A program made the translations under genes and the position numbers. The notes under the pieces are model-generated. The model was given only the letters and a program-made list of their open reading frames with translations. It did not search any database and had not been told where the DNA came from. 60,740 bases of DNA from a virus (lineage: Duplodnaviria; Caudoviricetes), in the IMG/VR virus record IMGVR_UViG_3300046004_001107, positions 1-60,740 of that record, one strand, 5' to 3'. This document shows, in pieces, positions 1 through 8,753 of the stretch (within the stretch, counting starts at the first letter, position 1; each line of letters begins with the position of its first letter).

Positions 1-2
1 GA

Positions 3-194
3 CAGATTGGTCTTATGCCTTGGATGATGTATAGTAAGGCATCATTAGGAATTACTATTCCTAATACCTTTATTGCGTTTACTGTTGAACCTTTGGATGA
101 ACTTAAAAATCAATATGATAGTAGTTTGAATAAGGGTATTATTACTTCCACGGGTAGTGTCAGTGGACCAAGTGGATTAAAACTTACTACCTAA
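3..194 (+). CDS. 5'-truncated hypothetical protein (possibly Sm-like fold)
   Basis: Manual translation QIGLMPWMMYSKASLGITIPNTFIAFTVEPLDELKNQY...LKLTT*, open from window start; stop TAA 192-194 just before next ATG. Confidence 0.6.
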   Translation, partial: QIGLMPWMMYSKASLGITIPNTFIAFTVEPLDELKNQYDSSLNKGIITSTGSVSGPSGLKLTT

Positions 195-197
195 TGA

Positions 198-578
198 ATG
201 AATATTGATAATGTTATTTTAAATTATCTTCCTGTTGCCAAACCCCTATCGATGGCAATGGAAAGACAAAAAAAACATATATCATTAATAATATATAAAC
301 GTAAAATTATCGCGGTGGGTCAGAATGTATTTAAGACCCACCCCGATACTTTTCGTTTGGGATATCGTGGTTCTGATATGCATTCGGAACTAGATGCATA
401 TCGTAAAATATCAAAGTCATTAAGAGGAGAAAAACTAATTCTTCTTAATTTTCGTTTTAATAGGTTTGGTGATTTTAGAAATTCTAAACCATGCTCGATC
501 TGTTCTAAATGGTGTAAAGAAATATTTCATTCAATATATTACACTAATGACGATGGCATACAGCCATATAAATATTAG
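198..578 (+). CDS. Zn-dependent cytidine/dCMP deaminase-like protein
   Basis: HSE...SKPCSIC matches the HxE...PCxxC deaminase motif. Confidence 0.75.
   Translation: MNIDNVILNYLPVAKPLSMAMERQKKHISLIIYKRKIIAVGQNVFKTHPDTFRLGYRGSDMHSELDAYRKISKSLRGEKLILLNFRFNRFGDFRNSKPCSICSKWCKEIFHSIYYTNDDGIQPYKY
567..574 (+). promoter_or_regulatory. T4-type late promoter
   Basis: TATAAATA 16 nt before ATG 591; SD-like AAGGA in between. Confidence 0.65.
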
Positions 579-590
579 AAGGATATACTG

Positions 591-1937
591 ATGCCAAGAA
601 AAGCATGTTGTTGTACAACAATTCCACCAGAACTAGGAAGTTGCTGTCGTCCAATATATAATGGTTGTGTTGGCAAAGAATATACATTTACTTTTAGATT
701 TTCTGCAAAATATCCATGTATGAATTTAAATGGAACCCCAGCAATTTATCAATGTGATAATAATTCAAGTATATCATATAATATTCCAGGAAATTTTGAA
801 ACTTTTGAAGTTACTTGTGCATATTTAATTAATTCTCCTGCAGAAATAAGAGCAGAACCAGCCTGTATTGGTCCAGGTAATTCCAATTTAACTTCTAACT
901 GTGGTAATTGGGGATGTCAGGGTTCAGGGTTTAATCCAATGGTTCCTAGTACATGGAAATACTGTTCAAATTCTATTTTTTCATGTTTAAAATGTAATTG
1001 TTATACAAATCCTAATTATTCCTATTGTAACTTTGATGGAGATAAATTAAAAACATCTTGTAATTGTTTTACAGGATTTATACCCTTTATTTACAATTGT
1101 ACGCTTGAAGGAAATAATGTATTTCAACTTGATGGTACCAATCCAGCACCATGTGGTGAAGATGGTTTTGGAAATATTAGACCGTTTACATTAATTCAAG
1201 AAGGAAATTCACAATTAATTGATCTTTGGAGTGCTTGTTATAGATCTTATATATTAAAAGAAAATGATTTTGGATTTTCAGATTTAGGATGTGGTTGTAC
1301 ATTTGATCCAGGATCAGATAATTTATTAGATTCATATACTGTACAGTTTATACCAGATCCAAATATTCCTGAACAAAATGATATTAATTATATACCTAAA
1401 ATTAAATTAGATTTAATTAAATTTAATTTTAATTGTAGTCAAGATGGTAATAGCACGTCATTCATACTTCCAGGATATAATATAAATTTATCATTGGGTA
1501 TTGGTTATGACGCAGAATTTAATTGTGGTACTGTTAATAATCCTATATCAGAATATCTTACCATACCATTTCAAATTTGTGAGGATACTTTTTTTGGTGG
1601 TATTTATTATGATGGTTTATACGTAGAAGGAAATTACAACAGATCAAGTTTTACAACAGATCCTTTTGATTTGTGTATTCCTCCCAGTACAACAAATCAC
1701 ATAAAAGATAATTCTGGTGGAAGATGTAACATAGAAGTATTTTATAGTGATGGCTATTTTGGTGATTCAGGTGGTCTTATAGGTAATGCTGGAATTCCTT
1801 CAAATGATTTTGGATCGGTTGTACCACAACCCAATTTACCAACTTTTTGTAAATATAGTTTTGATCCAAGTTTACCAGACAGTTTATACTGTGATTATCT
1901 TAGATTTTCAAATAAAATTTTAGTAAGTGAGGTTTAA
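591..1937 (+). CDS. Cys-rich hypothetical protein, probably virion-associated
   Basis: 448-aa ORF, about 30 Cys, N-terminal ACCC, follows late promoter. Confidence 0.6.
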   Translation: MPRKACCCTTIPPELGSCCRPIYNGCVGKEYTFTFRFSAKYPCMNLNGTPAIYQCDNNSSISYNIPGNFETFEVTCAYLINSPAEIRAEPACIGPGNSNLTSNCGNWGCQGSGFNPMVPSTWKYCSNSIFSCLKCNCYTNPNYSYCNFDGDKLKTSCNCFTGFIPFIYNCTLEGNNVFQLDGTNPAPCGEDGFGNIRPFTLIQEGNSQLIDLWSACYRSYILKENDFGFSDLGCGCTFDPGSDNLLDSYTVQFIPDPNIPEQNDINYIPKIKLDLIKFNFNCSQDGNSTSFILPGYNINLSLGIGYDAEFNCGTVNNPISEYLTIPFQICEDTFFGGIYYDGLYVEGNYNRSSFTTDPFDLCIPPSTTNHIKDNSGGRCNIEVFYSDGYFGDSGGLIGNAGIPSNDFGSVVPQPNLPTFCKYSFDPSLPDSLYCDYLRFSNKILVSEV

Positions 1938-2253
1938 TATGCGTACAATTAAAGTTACATATTATGGAAATACAAATAATAAAAAAATAGCAAATTTTCA
2001 AATTAAAGAAAATGATATTTTAGAACTTATTGATACTGTAGATTATAAAAGCCCATATACTTCAGAAAAAGCTTATATTGAACATAATAAAAATAAAGTA
2101 AATCTATCTAAAAAAGGATTTGGTGAAGTAGTAGCATCATTTACTAAATTATTTGGATTTAAAACTTGTGCTCCGTGTAATAAAAGAAGACATTATTTAA
2201 ATAAAATTACTCCATTATGGATTTCAAAGATTATTACCAAATTTTATAAATAG
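1927..2253 (+). CDS. hypothetical protein with C-terminal CxxC motif
   Basis: GFGEVVASFTKLFGFKTCAPCNKRRHYLN; true start may be ATG 1939. Confidence 0.6.
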   Translation: MRFNMRTIKVTYYGNTNNKKIANFQIKENDILELIDTVDYKSPYTSEKAYIEHNKNKVNLSKKGFGEVVASFTKLFGFKTCAPCNKRRHYLNKITPLWISKIITKFYK

Positions 2254-2259
2254 TATACT

Positions 2260-2622
2260 ATGGCATGCATTAAAACAATTTTAAATTTTCAAAATGAATT
2301 ACGCCTCCATCACTGGGGAACTAAATCATATTCCGCACATAAAGCTTTAGGTAAAGCCTATGTGGGTATTGATGGTTTATTAGATACTTTTGCAGAAACT
2401 TATATGGGTACTTTTGGTAAAGATGATTTAAAAGAGATTAATGAATTAAATTTAAACGGACCACACAAAACAACTGCTATGCAAGTGTTAAGTTCTTTTG
2501 AAGATTATTTAACTCAAGAAGTATCAAAAGATCTTGGTGCAGATCAAACTGCATTGTTAAATATAAGGGATGAGATGCTTGCTTTGGTACAACAAACCAA
2601 GTACTTACTAACCTTGTCCTAG
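2260..2622 (+). CDS. ferritin/Dps-like four-helix protein (DUF5856-like)
   Basis: LHHWGTKSYSAHKALG...DTFAETYMG and C-terminal RDEMLALVQQTKYLLTL; TATAAATA at 2245-2252. Confidence 0.7.
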   Translation: MACIKTILNFQNELRLHHWGTKSYSAHKALGKAYVGIDGLLDTFAETYMGTFGKDDLKEINELNLNGPHKTTAMQVLSSFEDYLTQEVSKDLGADQTALLNIRDEMLALVQQTKYLLTLS

Positions 2623-2630
2623 GAGTTAAT

Positions 2631-2996
2631 ATGAAAATTTCAGAACTAGTTTACGAAGTCCGAAAACTAGCACGCAAAGAAGAAGATCCTATCAACAAGG
2701 ATCTTTTTTATCAATGTGCTAAATCATTAGAAATTCTTGGAAATCTTGCAAAGATATCCGATCTTGCAGTTGCAGAACATAACGCAGCAGAAGAACCATC
2801 AATTGATTACGGTGGTGAACTTAAATGGAATGTAGATGATGTAACTCTATCAATGATGGATGAACATATCGATGACCTAATTCAATATGGATTTATGGAT
2901 CCAATTGATCGTTGGCCCTATGGCGAGCAACCTTTTACTAAATTTGTTGCCAAATACGCTCAACGTCATTTCATCAAAGATTCTAAAACAGAATAG
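2631..2996 (+). CDS. hypothetical protein
   Basis: 121-aa ORF with AGGAG SD. Confidence 0.6.
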   Translation: MKISELVYEVRKLARKEEDPINKDLFYQCAKSLEILGNLAKISDLAVAEHNAAEEPSIDYGGELKWNVDDVTLSMMDEHIDDLIQYGFMDPIDRWPYGEQPFTKFVAKYAQRHFIKDSKTE

Positions 2997-3565
2997 ACCT
3001 TTGATGGAATCGATACATGGCTCAAAACAGCCATATTAGATGGCATGATGCGTAGAACACATTTGCTATAATATGGATCTTGTTTGAAAGAATAAAACTT
3101 TCGTGATTTTTCCATCATGAAGTGACTATAAATGTATACATGAGCCCGTTTTGAATACATTTTTGTATCAATTTTTAATTTAAATTCATTAATTAAGCGA
3201 ACTGCTCGTTTTTCACAGTCTCTTTCCATTGATCTTACAATAAAAAATGCTCTTTTAACATCTTTAGCAGCATAATTTTTACCTTTTAGCCATCCATCTA
3301 CAATATTTGAGGCTTTATATGACTTTTCATATATTTTACTGCTATTGATATATTGTAAAAAATGACAATATTCATGAACTAGCACATGTAAAAATTGATT
3401 ACATTGTCTGGCAATACGAATGGCCTTTCCAGACTCATCAAAACACCCAGAACATCGAAAACCGTCTACATTGACGCATTTACCACGTCCAATAATAAGT
3501 TTCATATTATATTGGGCAAGATGCTGACGTACAAATTTTATAAACTGATGACTCATCTGTTCCAT
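2966..3565 (-). CDS. putative Zn metallopeptidase-like protein (HExxH)
   Basis: VLVHEYCHFLQ plus later E (MERDCE); SD GAGGAGG; minus-strand TATAAATA at 3587-3594. Confidence 0.6.
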   Translation of the reverse strand: MEQMSHQFIKFVRQHLAQYNMKLIIGRGKCVNVDGFRCSGCFDESGKAIRIARQCNQFLHVLVHEYCHFLQYINSSKIYEKSYKASNIVDGWLKGKNYAAKDVKRAFFIVRSMERDCEKRAVRLINEFKLKIDTKMYSKRAHVYIYSHFMMEKSRKFYSFKQDPYYSKCVLRIMPSNMAVLSHVSIPSKVYSVLESLMK

Positions 3566-3602
3566 AAAGTCCTCCTCAGTCAGTATTATTTATAATAATC
3601 AC

Positions 3603-3630
3603 TTGACAGGTCAAATCTAGGGTGTATAGT
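3603..3630 (+). promoter_or_regulatory. sigma70-like promoter
   Basis: TTGACA-N16-TATAGT. Confidence 0.65.
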
Positions 3631-3661
3631 GTAGTAACTTCTTATAAGAAAGGAAAGTTTT

Positions 3662-3898
3662 ATGGATATTACTACTGTTGACCGTCCGACTAAGATTCAG
3701 AGAGTGTTTGATTATATGCGAAATGGCACTCCTCTGAATGCATGTGAAGCCCGTAAGCGTTTTAAGGTTGCAAATATGCGCGCAACTATGAGCAATCTTC
3801 GTGAGGCTTTTGATCGTATGGATCTCAAGTATACTGTAGTTCGTGAGACCGTTAAGGGTCGTGCACACTACCGAGTTGTTCGCTCTCGTAGTCGGTAA
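3662..3898 (+). CDS. small winged-HTH DNA-binding protein
   Basis: RVFDYMRNGTPLNACEARKRFKVANMRATMSNLR is an HTH-like pattern; own promoter, SD and terminator. Confidence 0.6.
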   Translation: MDITTVDRPTKIQRVFDYMRNGTPLNACEARKRFKVANMRATMSNLREAFDRMDLKYTVVRETVKGRAHYRVVRSRSR

Positions 3899-3925
3899 AA
3901 TTTGTAAAATTTTTGTAAGGGACCT

Positions 3926-3947
3926 AGACCTCCAGTAATGGGGGTCT
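3926..3947. terminator. hairpin terminator between convergent genes
   Basis: AGACCTCCA-GTAA-TGGGGGTCT, GNRA loop. Confidence 0.6.
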
Positions 3948-5221
3948 TATCCTATTTGAACATTTAGTTCTAAGGTCACGGGTCCAACAAAATCAATATA
4001 AAGATTTCGTGGAGAATTTGCTTGTTTAAGATATATTACACTTGCTTGATCAAATCCGGGAGTACCAAGGTAATATAAATTAGTAGATACTAAATTTGTT
4101 TTAGTAATTTCTGAATAAACAAATACCGAATATCCTTTTAATGATGGGTGACTTAAATCTAATTTAAATCCATTATTAATAGCAATTGATATTGCACTTG
4201 ATGCACGCAACACATAACTTGTAGGATAATTTAATAAAAGTGTTGCAGTTGGATTCCCGTTGGTATCAACTGACTGATCTATTTGTGCAAATATTGCTGC
4301 ATCAAATACAAATGTTTTATCTCCACTTGCCGCATTATAAGAACTATCAGAAAGTCTAGAACATGAATCACATACAATCCACTGTGTGCTGCATGTGGCT
4401 CCCTCATACTGACTTCTTAAGAATGCTTGTAATTCATTTTGTTTTTCAAAACAATTTACTTGATTACCATCACCATTATAAACAACATAACACCCAGTTG
4501 TTTTTGTACTCTTAGATAAAATATCGGGATTAGAATTTCCACGAATAAATTGAGTTAGTGTTTTAAATGATGAAGATACATTTTCATTCGTAAGTGTTAC
4601 ACCACAGTAGATTAGTTCTTTTTTATCTTTTAATTGTATTGCACCAGAAACTAAAAGCTTACCAGAATTTAAAGTTGATCCTGAAATTTCAACATATTCT
4701 TGTTTTGAAAATACAGATCCTAAAATTCCTTTATTTAATACCGACTTAAATTTAGAATCATTTAAATTATTTTTAATCCAATTAGAATTAGTTGCACCAA
4801 TATACGTTGTTGAATACTGTGGTGGTTTTACAAAATTATTTTTTATATAATACGTGTATGTATTATCATATGTAAAACCGGAAACAATCCCACCTATAAT
4901 GAGTTTATTATCTCCAGTTAATGCCTGTAAACTAAAAACACCAGATATATCTCTACGTAGTTCTACATCAGCATCATAATAATCACCATTGCTTAATGCA
5001 AAGGTTGTACCAGGTGGTGTATTTTGAAACATTTTAACAAGTGTTGTTCTATCCGAATTATCATAACACTCTGAATAATCAATAAAACAACTTAACCCAG
5101 TAATAGATACATTTGGTGTAGAATTTATATATCCTTTTGTAAATACTGGATCATATGTAGATCCAGCTATTTCAAAACCATAATTTTGTATTACCTGGGA
5201 TGCAGTGAGGAAAAATGACAT
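3947..5221 (-). CDS. hypothetical virion structural protein
   Basis: 424 aa, S/T/G-rich, downstream of a late-type promoter. Confidence 0.5.
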   Translation of the reverse strand: MSFFLTASQVIQNYGFEIAGSTYDPVFTKGYINSTPNVSITGLSCFIDYSECYDNSDRTTLVKMFQNTPPGTTFALSNGDYYDADVELRRDISGVFSLQALTGDNKLIIGGIVSGFTYDNTYTYYIKNNFVKPPQYSTTYIGATNSNWIKNNLNDSKFKSVLNKGILGSVFSKQEYVEISGSTLNSGKLLVSGAIQLKDKKELIYCGVTLTNENVSSSFKTLTQFIRGNSNPDILSKSTKTTGCYVVYNGDGNQVNCFEKQNELQAFLRSQYEGATCSTQWIVCDSCSRLSDSSYNAASGDKTFVFDAAIFAQIDQSVDTNGNPTATLLLNYPTSYVLRASSAISIAINNGFKLDLSHPSLKGYSVFVYSEITKTNLVSTNLYYLGTPGFDQASVIYLKQANSPRNLYIDFVGPVTLELNVQIG

Positions 5222-5222
5222 A

Positions 5223-6146
5223 TTATGATGCTAGATATGTAATTACTTGTGTTCCAGTATTAGATATTGCATAAATTTTATTTGTGTTAATAACATTCAG
5301 AGAAACACTTTCACCTGGATCTAGAGCATATCCAAATGATGAGCCAATCAATCCAGCTGTATTTCCGATATATACAAAATCTGTATTTGTGGAAAGTGCT
5401 TTAATATTAATTTCAGAAGTTGTTGTATATCCAGCTGAATCTAATTGTCCAACTGAAACTGAAGTAGTAGATAATCTTCCAGTTTTAAATGTAGATGGTC
5501 TGCCTACTCCCAAAGATGTAAAATCACTTCTCAATCCAACTACTTCATTATATATTGCAGTCATACCACCTAAAAGGTTAGTATCGTTTATAGATAGTGG
5601 ATATCCACCAGAAAATCCTTGGACGGCTAAAGTTGTACCTATAGTTGCATTTATTGCTGCACCAGAAATACTAACTTTTAATGCATCACCCGAGATTCCT
5701 AGAGCAGATCCACTAGAATCTACTAAATTAACATAAACATAGGTCAAACCGCTTGGACCAAATACAGAAACTGAATCGGTATTTCGTGATAATGATCTAC
5801 CACCAGTTACTTCAATTCTTGTGCCGGATTGAGTTGAGACATATACAGGAGATCCACTGAGTCCAATAGCACTAACTGTGCCACTAACAACTACAGGGCC
5901 TGCTGCAGGTCCCTGTACAGCGATTGTACCAGTAAACCCAGAAATGGTAGCAGTCATTCCACCAGCAACGGTTACAGGAAATGGTGTTGCTGCTGATACA
6001 ATTGTTGCAGAGCCAGTTACACCATATGCTAATTTCATTACTTGAAAATGTGCAGTGATGCCTCCAAATCTAGCTACATCAGTAGCAACAGCAGCTGTAA
6101 GACCGGAAGTTTCAATAATAAGATTTGTGTCGTTGTCTACTGCCAT
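5223..6146 (-). CDS. hypothetical virion structural protein
   Basis: 307 aa, G/S/T/V-rich; minus-strand CCTAAATA at 6172-6179; SD GAGGA. Confidence 0.55.
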   Translation of the reverse strand: MAVDNDTNLIIETSGLTAAVATDVARFGGITAHFQVMKLAYGVTGSATIVSAATPFPVTVAGGMTATISGFTGTIAVQGPAAGPVVVSGTVSAIGLSGSPVYVSTQSGTRIEVTGGRSLSRNTDSVSVFGPSGLTYVYVNLVDSSGSALGISGDALKVSISGAAINATIGTTLAVQGFSGGYPLSINDTNLLGGMTAIYNEVVGLRSDFTSLGVGRPSTFKTGRLSTTSVSVGQLDSAGYTTTSEINIKALSTNTDFVYIGNTAGLIGSSFGYALDPGESVSLNVINTNKIYAISNTGTQVITYLAS

Positions 6147-6225
6147 GGTTTCCTCTAAATAGTTCTAGCAATATTTAGGTGTATTAAATTATTGGATAAT
6201 CAATAATCGGTGATATAATAGTATT

Positions 6226-6462
6226 ATGTATATAGACGAAGCCGCAAAAGAAAAATTTTCTTCCCAAATAATAGATAGAGTAAAGGTTACAAAATTACCC
6301 TTTATCGATTGTGTTTTAGAATTAGCCAATGAAATGGGTATAGATCCCAGTTCTGCTGGAAAATTACTAACTAAACCAATTATTGAAAAAATTGAAGTTG
6401 AAGCAAAATTGCTTCATTTTATAAAAGAAAAAAATAAAAAAAATAAACTACCAGTTGACTAA
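6226..6462 (+). CDS. gp33: late-transcription coactivator
   Basis: FIDCVLELANEMGIDPSSAGKLLTKPIIEKIEVEA pattern, size, next to gp32. Confidence 0.8.
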   Translation: MYIDEAAKEKFSSQIIDRVKVTKLPFIDCVLELANEMGIDPSSAGKLLTKPIIEKIEVEAKLLHFIKEKNKKNKLPVD

Positions 6463-6482
6463 TTGATTTCTAGGGGTATAAT
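6455..6482 (+). promoter_or_regulatory. sigma70-like promoter of gp32
   Basis: TTGACT-N16-TATAAT. Confidence 0.7.
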
Positions 6483-6521
6483 AAACACAGAAAGGCCGAG
6501 GTAGATCCTCGGGCAAATACA

Positions 6522-7379
6522 ATGGCAAATTTTTCAGATTTCAAGAAGAAGAGTAAGAACTCAGTCGCATCCCTAACCGAGCGTATGGATAAGCTAACCT
6601 CAAAGGAGAGTTACAAAGATGATCGTCTTTGGAAGCCTGGTATTGACAAGGCTGGAAACGGTTATGCAGTAATTAGATTCCTTCCTGAAATTGAAGGAGA
6701 AGATAGTCCCTTTGTTTCAGTTTACAGCCATGCCTTCAAGGGTAAGGGTGGTTGGTTGTTTGAAAACTGCCCAACTACTCTTGGAGAAAAGTGCCCAGTT
6801 TGTGAAGCAAACACGGAACTCTGGAATAGTGGAATTGAGGATGATAAGAATATTGCACGCAATCGTAAGCGTAAGTTGACTTACATTTCAAACATTCTTG
6901 TTGTTGAAGATCCAGCAAATCCAGAAAATAAAGGAAAGGTTTTTCTTTATCAGTATGGTACCAAAATCTTCCAGAAGATTCAAGCACTTGCTCATCCAGA
7001 ATTTAAAGATGAGACAGCAATTGATCCATTCAACTTTTGGACTGGTGCAGACTTTAAGATCAAGATTCGCAATGTGGGTGGGTATGTAAATTATGATCGT
7101 TCAGAGTTTGCTGCTCCTGCTCCTCTTCTTGGTGGAGATGATAAAAAGTTAGAGGAACTTTGGAAGAAGCAATATGCTCTTAAGGAGTTTACTGACAAGA
7201 GTCAGTTCAAAAGTTATGATGAACTCAAGGCTCGACTAAAGAAGGCAACTGGTGATGACATTCGTGCCCAGTTTACTGAGTCAAAGAGTGTTGAAGATGA
7301 TGTCACTAATACGATAGTTAGTGAAGACATTGAGGAAAAAGATCCTCTAAAGTACTTCTCCGAAATGGAGAATGATTGA
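6522..7379 (+). CDS. gp32: single-stranded DNA-binding protein
   Basis: DDRLWKP..DKAGNGYAVIRFLP, ENCPTTLGEKCPVCE, DPFNFWTGADF, acidic tail. Confidence 0.97.
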   Translation: MANFSDFKKKSKNSVASLTERMDKLTSKESYKDDRLWKPGIDKAGNGYAVIRFLPEIEGEDSPFVSVYSHAFKGKGGWLFENCPTTLGEKCPVCEANTELWNSGIEDDKNIARNRKRKLTYISNILVVEDPANPENKGKVFLYQYGTKIFQKIQALAHPEFKDETAIDPFNFWTGADFKIKIRNVGGYVNYDRSEFAAPAPLLGGDDKKLEELWKKQYALKEFTDKSQFKSYDELKARLKKATGDDIRAQFTESKSVEDDVTNTIVSEDIEEKDPLKYFSEMEND

Positions 7380-7380
7380 G

Positions 7381-7405
7381 AAAAGCCCCGCAAGGGGCTT
7401 TTTTT
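7381..7405. terminator. bidirectional Rho-independent terminator
   Basis: AAAAGCCCC-GCAA-GGGGCTTTTTTT. Confidence 0.85.
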
Positions 7406-7895
7406 ATCCCCAAGAAGGACGAGATGATGCTTTTGTTAATCGATCAAAGAACATAACATTTTTTTGCATATTTGCTGTTCGTGCTTCTGTTTTACCCTGG
7501 TCATTACTAACTAAATCTTGTTTCATACCAATTTTAGAATTTAATTCGTGCATAGCACTATACATTCCATTCATTTGATTATATATTTCTTCTTGCCCAG
7601 ATGCTCTATTAAGCATTCCTGATTGAATTGTCTCAGCACTTTCTACTATAGGTGTATTTAATGAGACATATGATGCCATACTAGATTCCATAGGAGTTAT
7701 AACTTCTCTATCTGGAATACGTGGTGACTGTGATGTAAATGAAATAACATTGTTTTCTGGTTGTTTAATTTCATCCATTTCAAATACATATGATCTTTGT
7801 TCTGAATTGGTTGAAGTATTTAATGCTTGATCAAAATTTGATTGTTCAGCTTTTAAATCTAAATCAAAAGTGTTTTGGTTTATATTTGGATTCAT
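7404..7895 (-). CDS. hypothetical protein in the tape-measure gene position
   Basis: 163 aa, Q/S/N/M-rich; ATGA overlap with upstream gp51-like ORF. Confidence 0.5.
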   Translation of the reverse strand: MNPNINQNTFDLDLKAEQSNFDQALNTSTNSEQRSYVFEMDEIKQPENNVISFTSQSPRIPDREVITPMESSMASYVSLNTPIVESAETIQSGMLNRASGQEEIYNQMNGMYSAMHELNSKIGMKQDLVSNDQGKTEARTANMQKNVMFFDRLTKASSRPSWG

Positions 7896-8101
7896 TGATT
7901 AATTATATTAAATGGGTTATTATTTGATTGTGACGAATTTTGTGTTTGCAAATTTTCTAATAATAAATTAATATAAATTTCTCTTTCCCATACCATCATG
8001 TTTTCTATTTCTGTAATACTCCAAGAAAACGTATTTATTAATTTAAAATTTGATTTATAATAATCGGTAAGATCAAAGTATCTTACCGAAAGATAAAAAA
8101 A
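7892..8101 (-). CDS. gp51: baseplate hub assembly chaperone gp51-like, no own start codon (not in ORF track)
   Basis: FFYLSVRYFDLTDYYKSNFKLINTFSWSITEIENMMVWEREIYINLLLENL... resembles the T4-like YYxxNF...SxTEIENMxxWERxIY motif. Confidence 0.75.
   Translation of the reverse strand, partial: FFYLSVRYFDLTDYYKSNFKLINTFSWSITEIENMMVWEREIYINLLLENLQTQNSSQSNNNPFNIINQ
8064..8101 (-). promoter_or_regulatory. putative -1 ribosomal frameshift signal
   Basis: T TTT TTT (8101-8095), 5-nt spacer, perfect 10-bp hairpin TCGGTAAGAT/ATCTTACCGA. Confidence 0.65.
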
Positions 8102-8748
8102 TCTAATACCCCATTTACCTCCTTTTCAGAACCGTCTAGTAATTTGATTGTGGCTGTAAGTCTAGGTTGATTTGATAAAAAGTTATCAAATTCTTTTAAC
8201 ACTGATATTGGAAGGTTGTTTATTATTTCTTTAATTTCATCTGGTACAAATTTATTAAAGTCATAAATTTCTTTTTGAACAATTATTTTTTTAATACAAA
8301 CTTTATAAAAATCATTAGTTTCAAAAGAATTTAATTTAAGAAGATCAGAAAAAATAGGTGACTCTAATTCAATTAAAATATTATTGTTTATATTAACAAT
8401 TTTTTTATTTAATGAATTTACACAAACTATATCTGATATATTTAATTCATATTTGTTTTTTTCAAATATAACTGAGATATGTTCATCTACACTTTTTGAT
8501 CTAATGTGTAAAAACAAATATTCTGCATCTGCAATACATAATTCATTAATATCAATATTATTTGTATTATTTTTTATAATCTCATAAAGAGCAATCAGAG
8601 CTAATTTTTTATTATTTTCTTGTAAAATAATAGAAAGATTCTTAGCATCCTTTACTTTAAATGGTGTAAATGATACTTTTAATTTACTTACAGGTAATAC
8701 TACTTCGTACTTTGGAAAATATACATTCAATTCATCTAATAAATTCAT
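8083..8748 (-). CDS. gp26: baseplate hub/tail assembly protein
   Basis: PKYEVVLPVSKLKVSFTPFKVKD, DAEYLFLHIRSKSVDE, ends GVLDFF. Confidence 0.8.
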   Translation of the reverse strand: MNLLDELNVYFPKYEVVLPVSKLKVSFTPFKVKDAKNLSIILQENNKKLALIALYEIIKNNTNNIDINELCIADAEYLFLHIRSKSVDEHISVIFEKNKYELNISDIVCVNSLNKKIVNINNNILIELESPIFSDLLKLNSFETNDFYKVCIKKIIVQKEIYDFNKFVPDEIKEIINNLPISVLKEFDNFLSNQPRLTATIKLLDGSEKEVNGVLDFFIFR

Positions 8749-8753
8749 AATAA

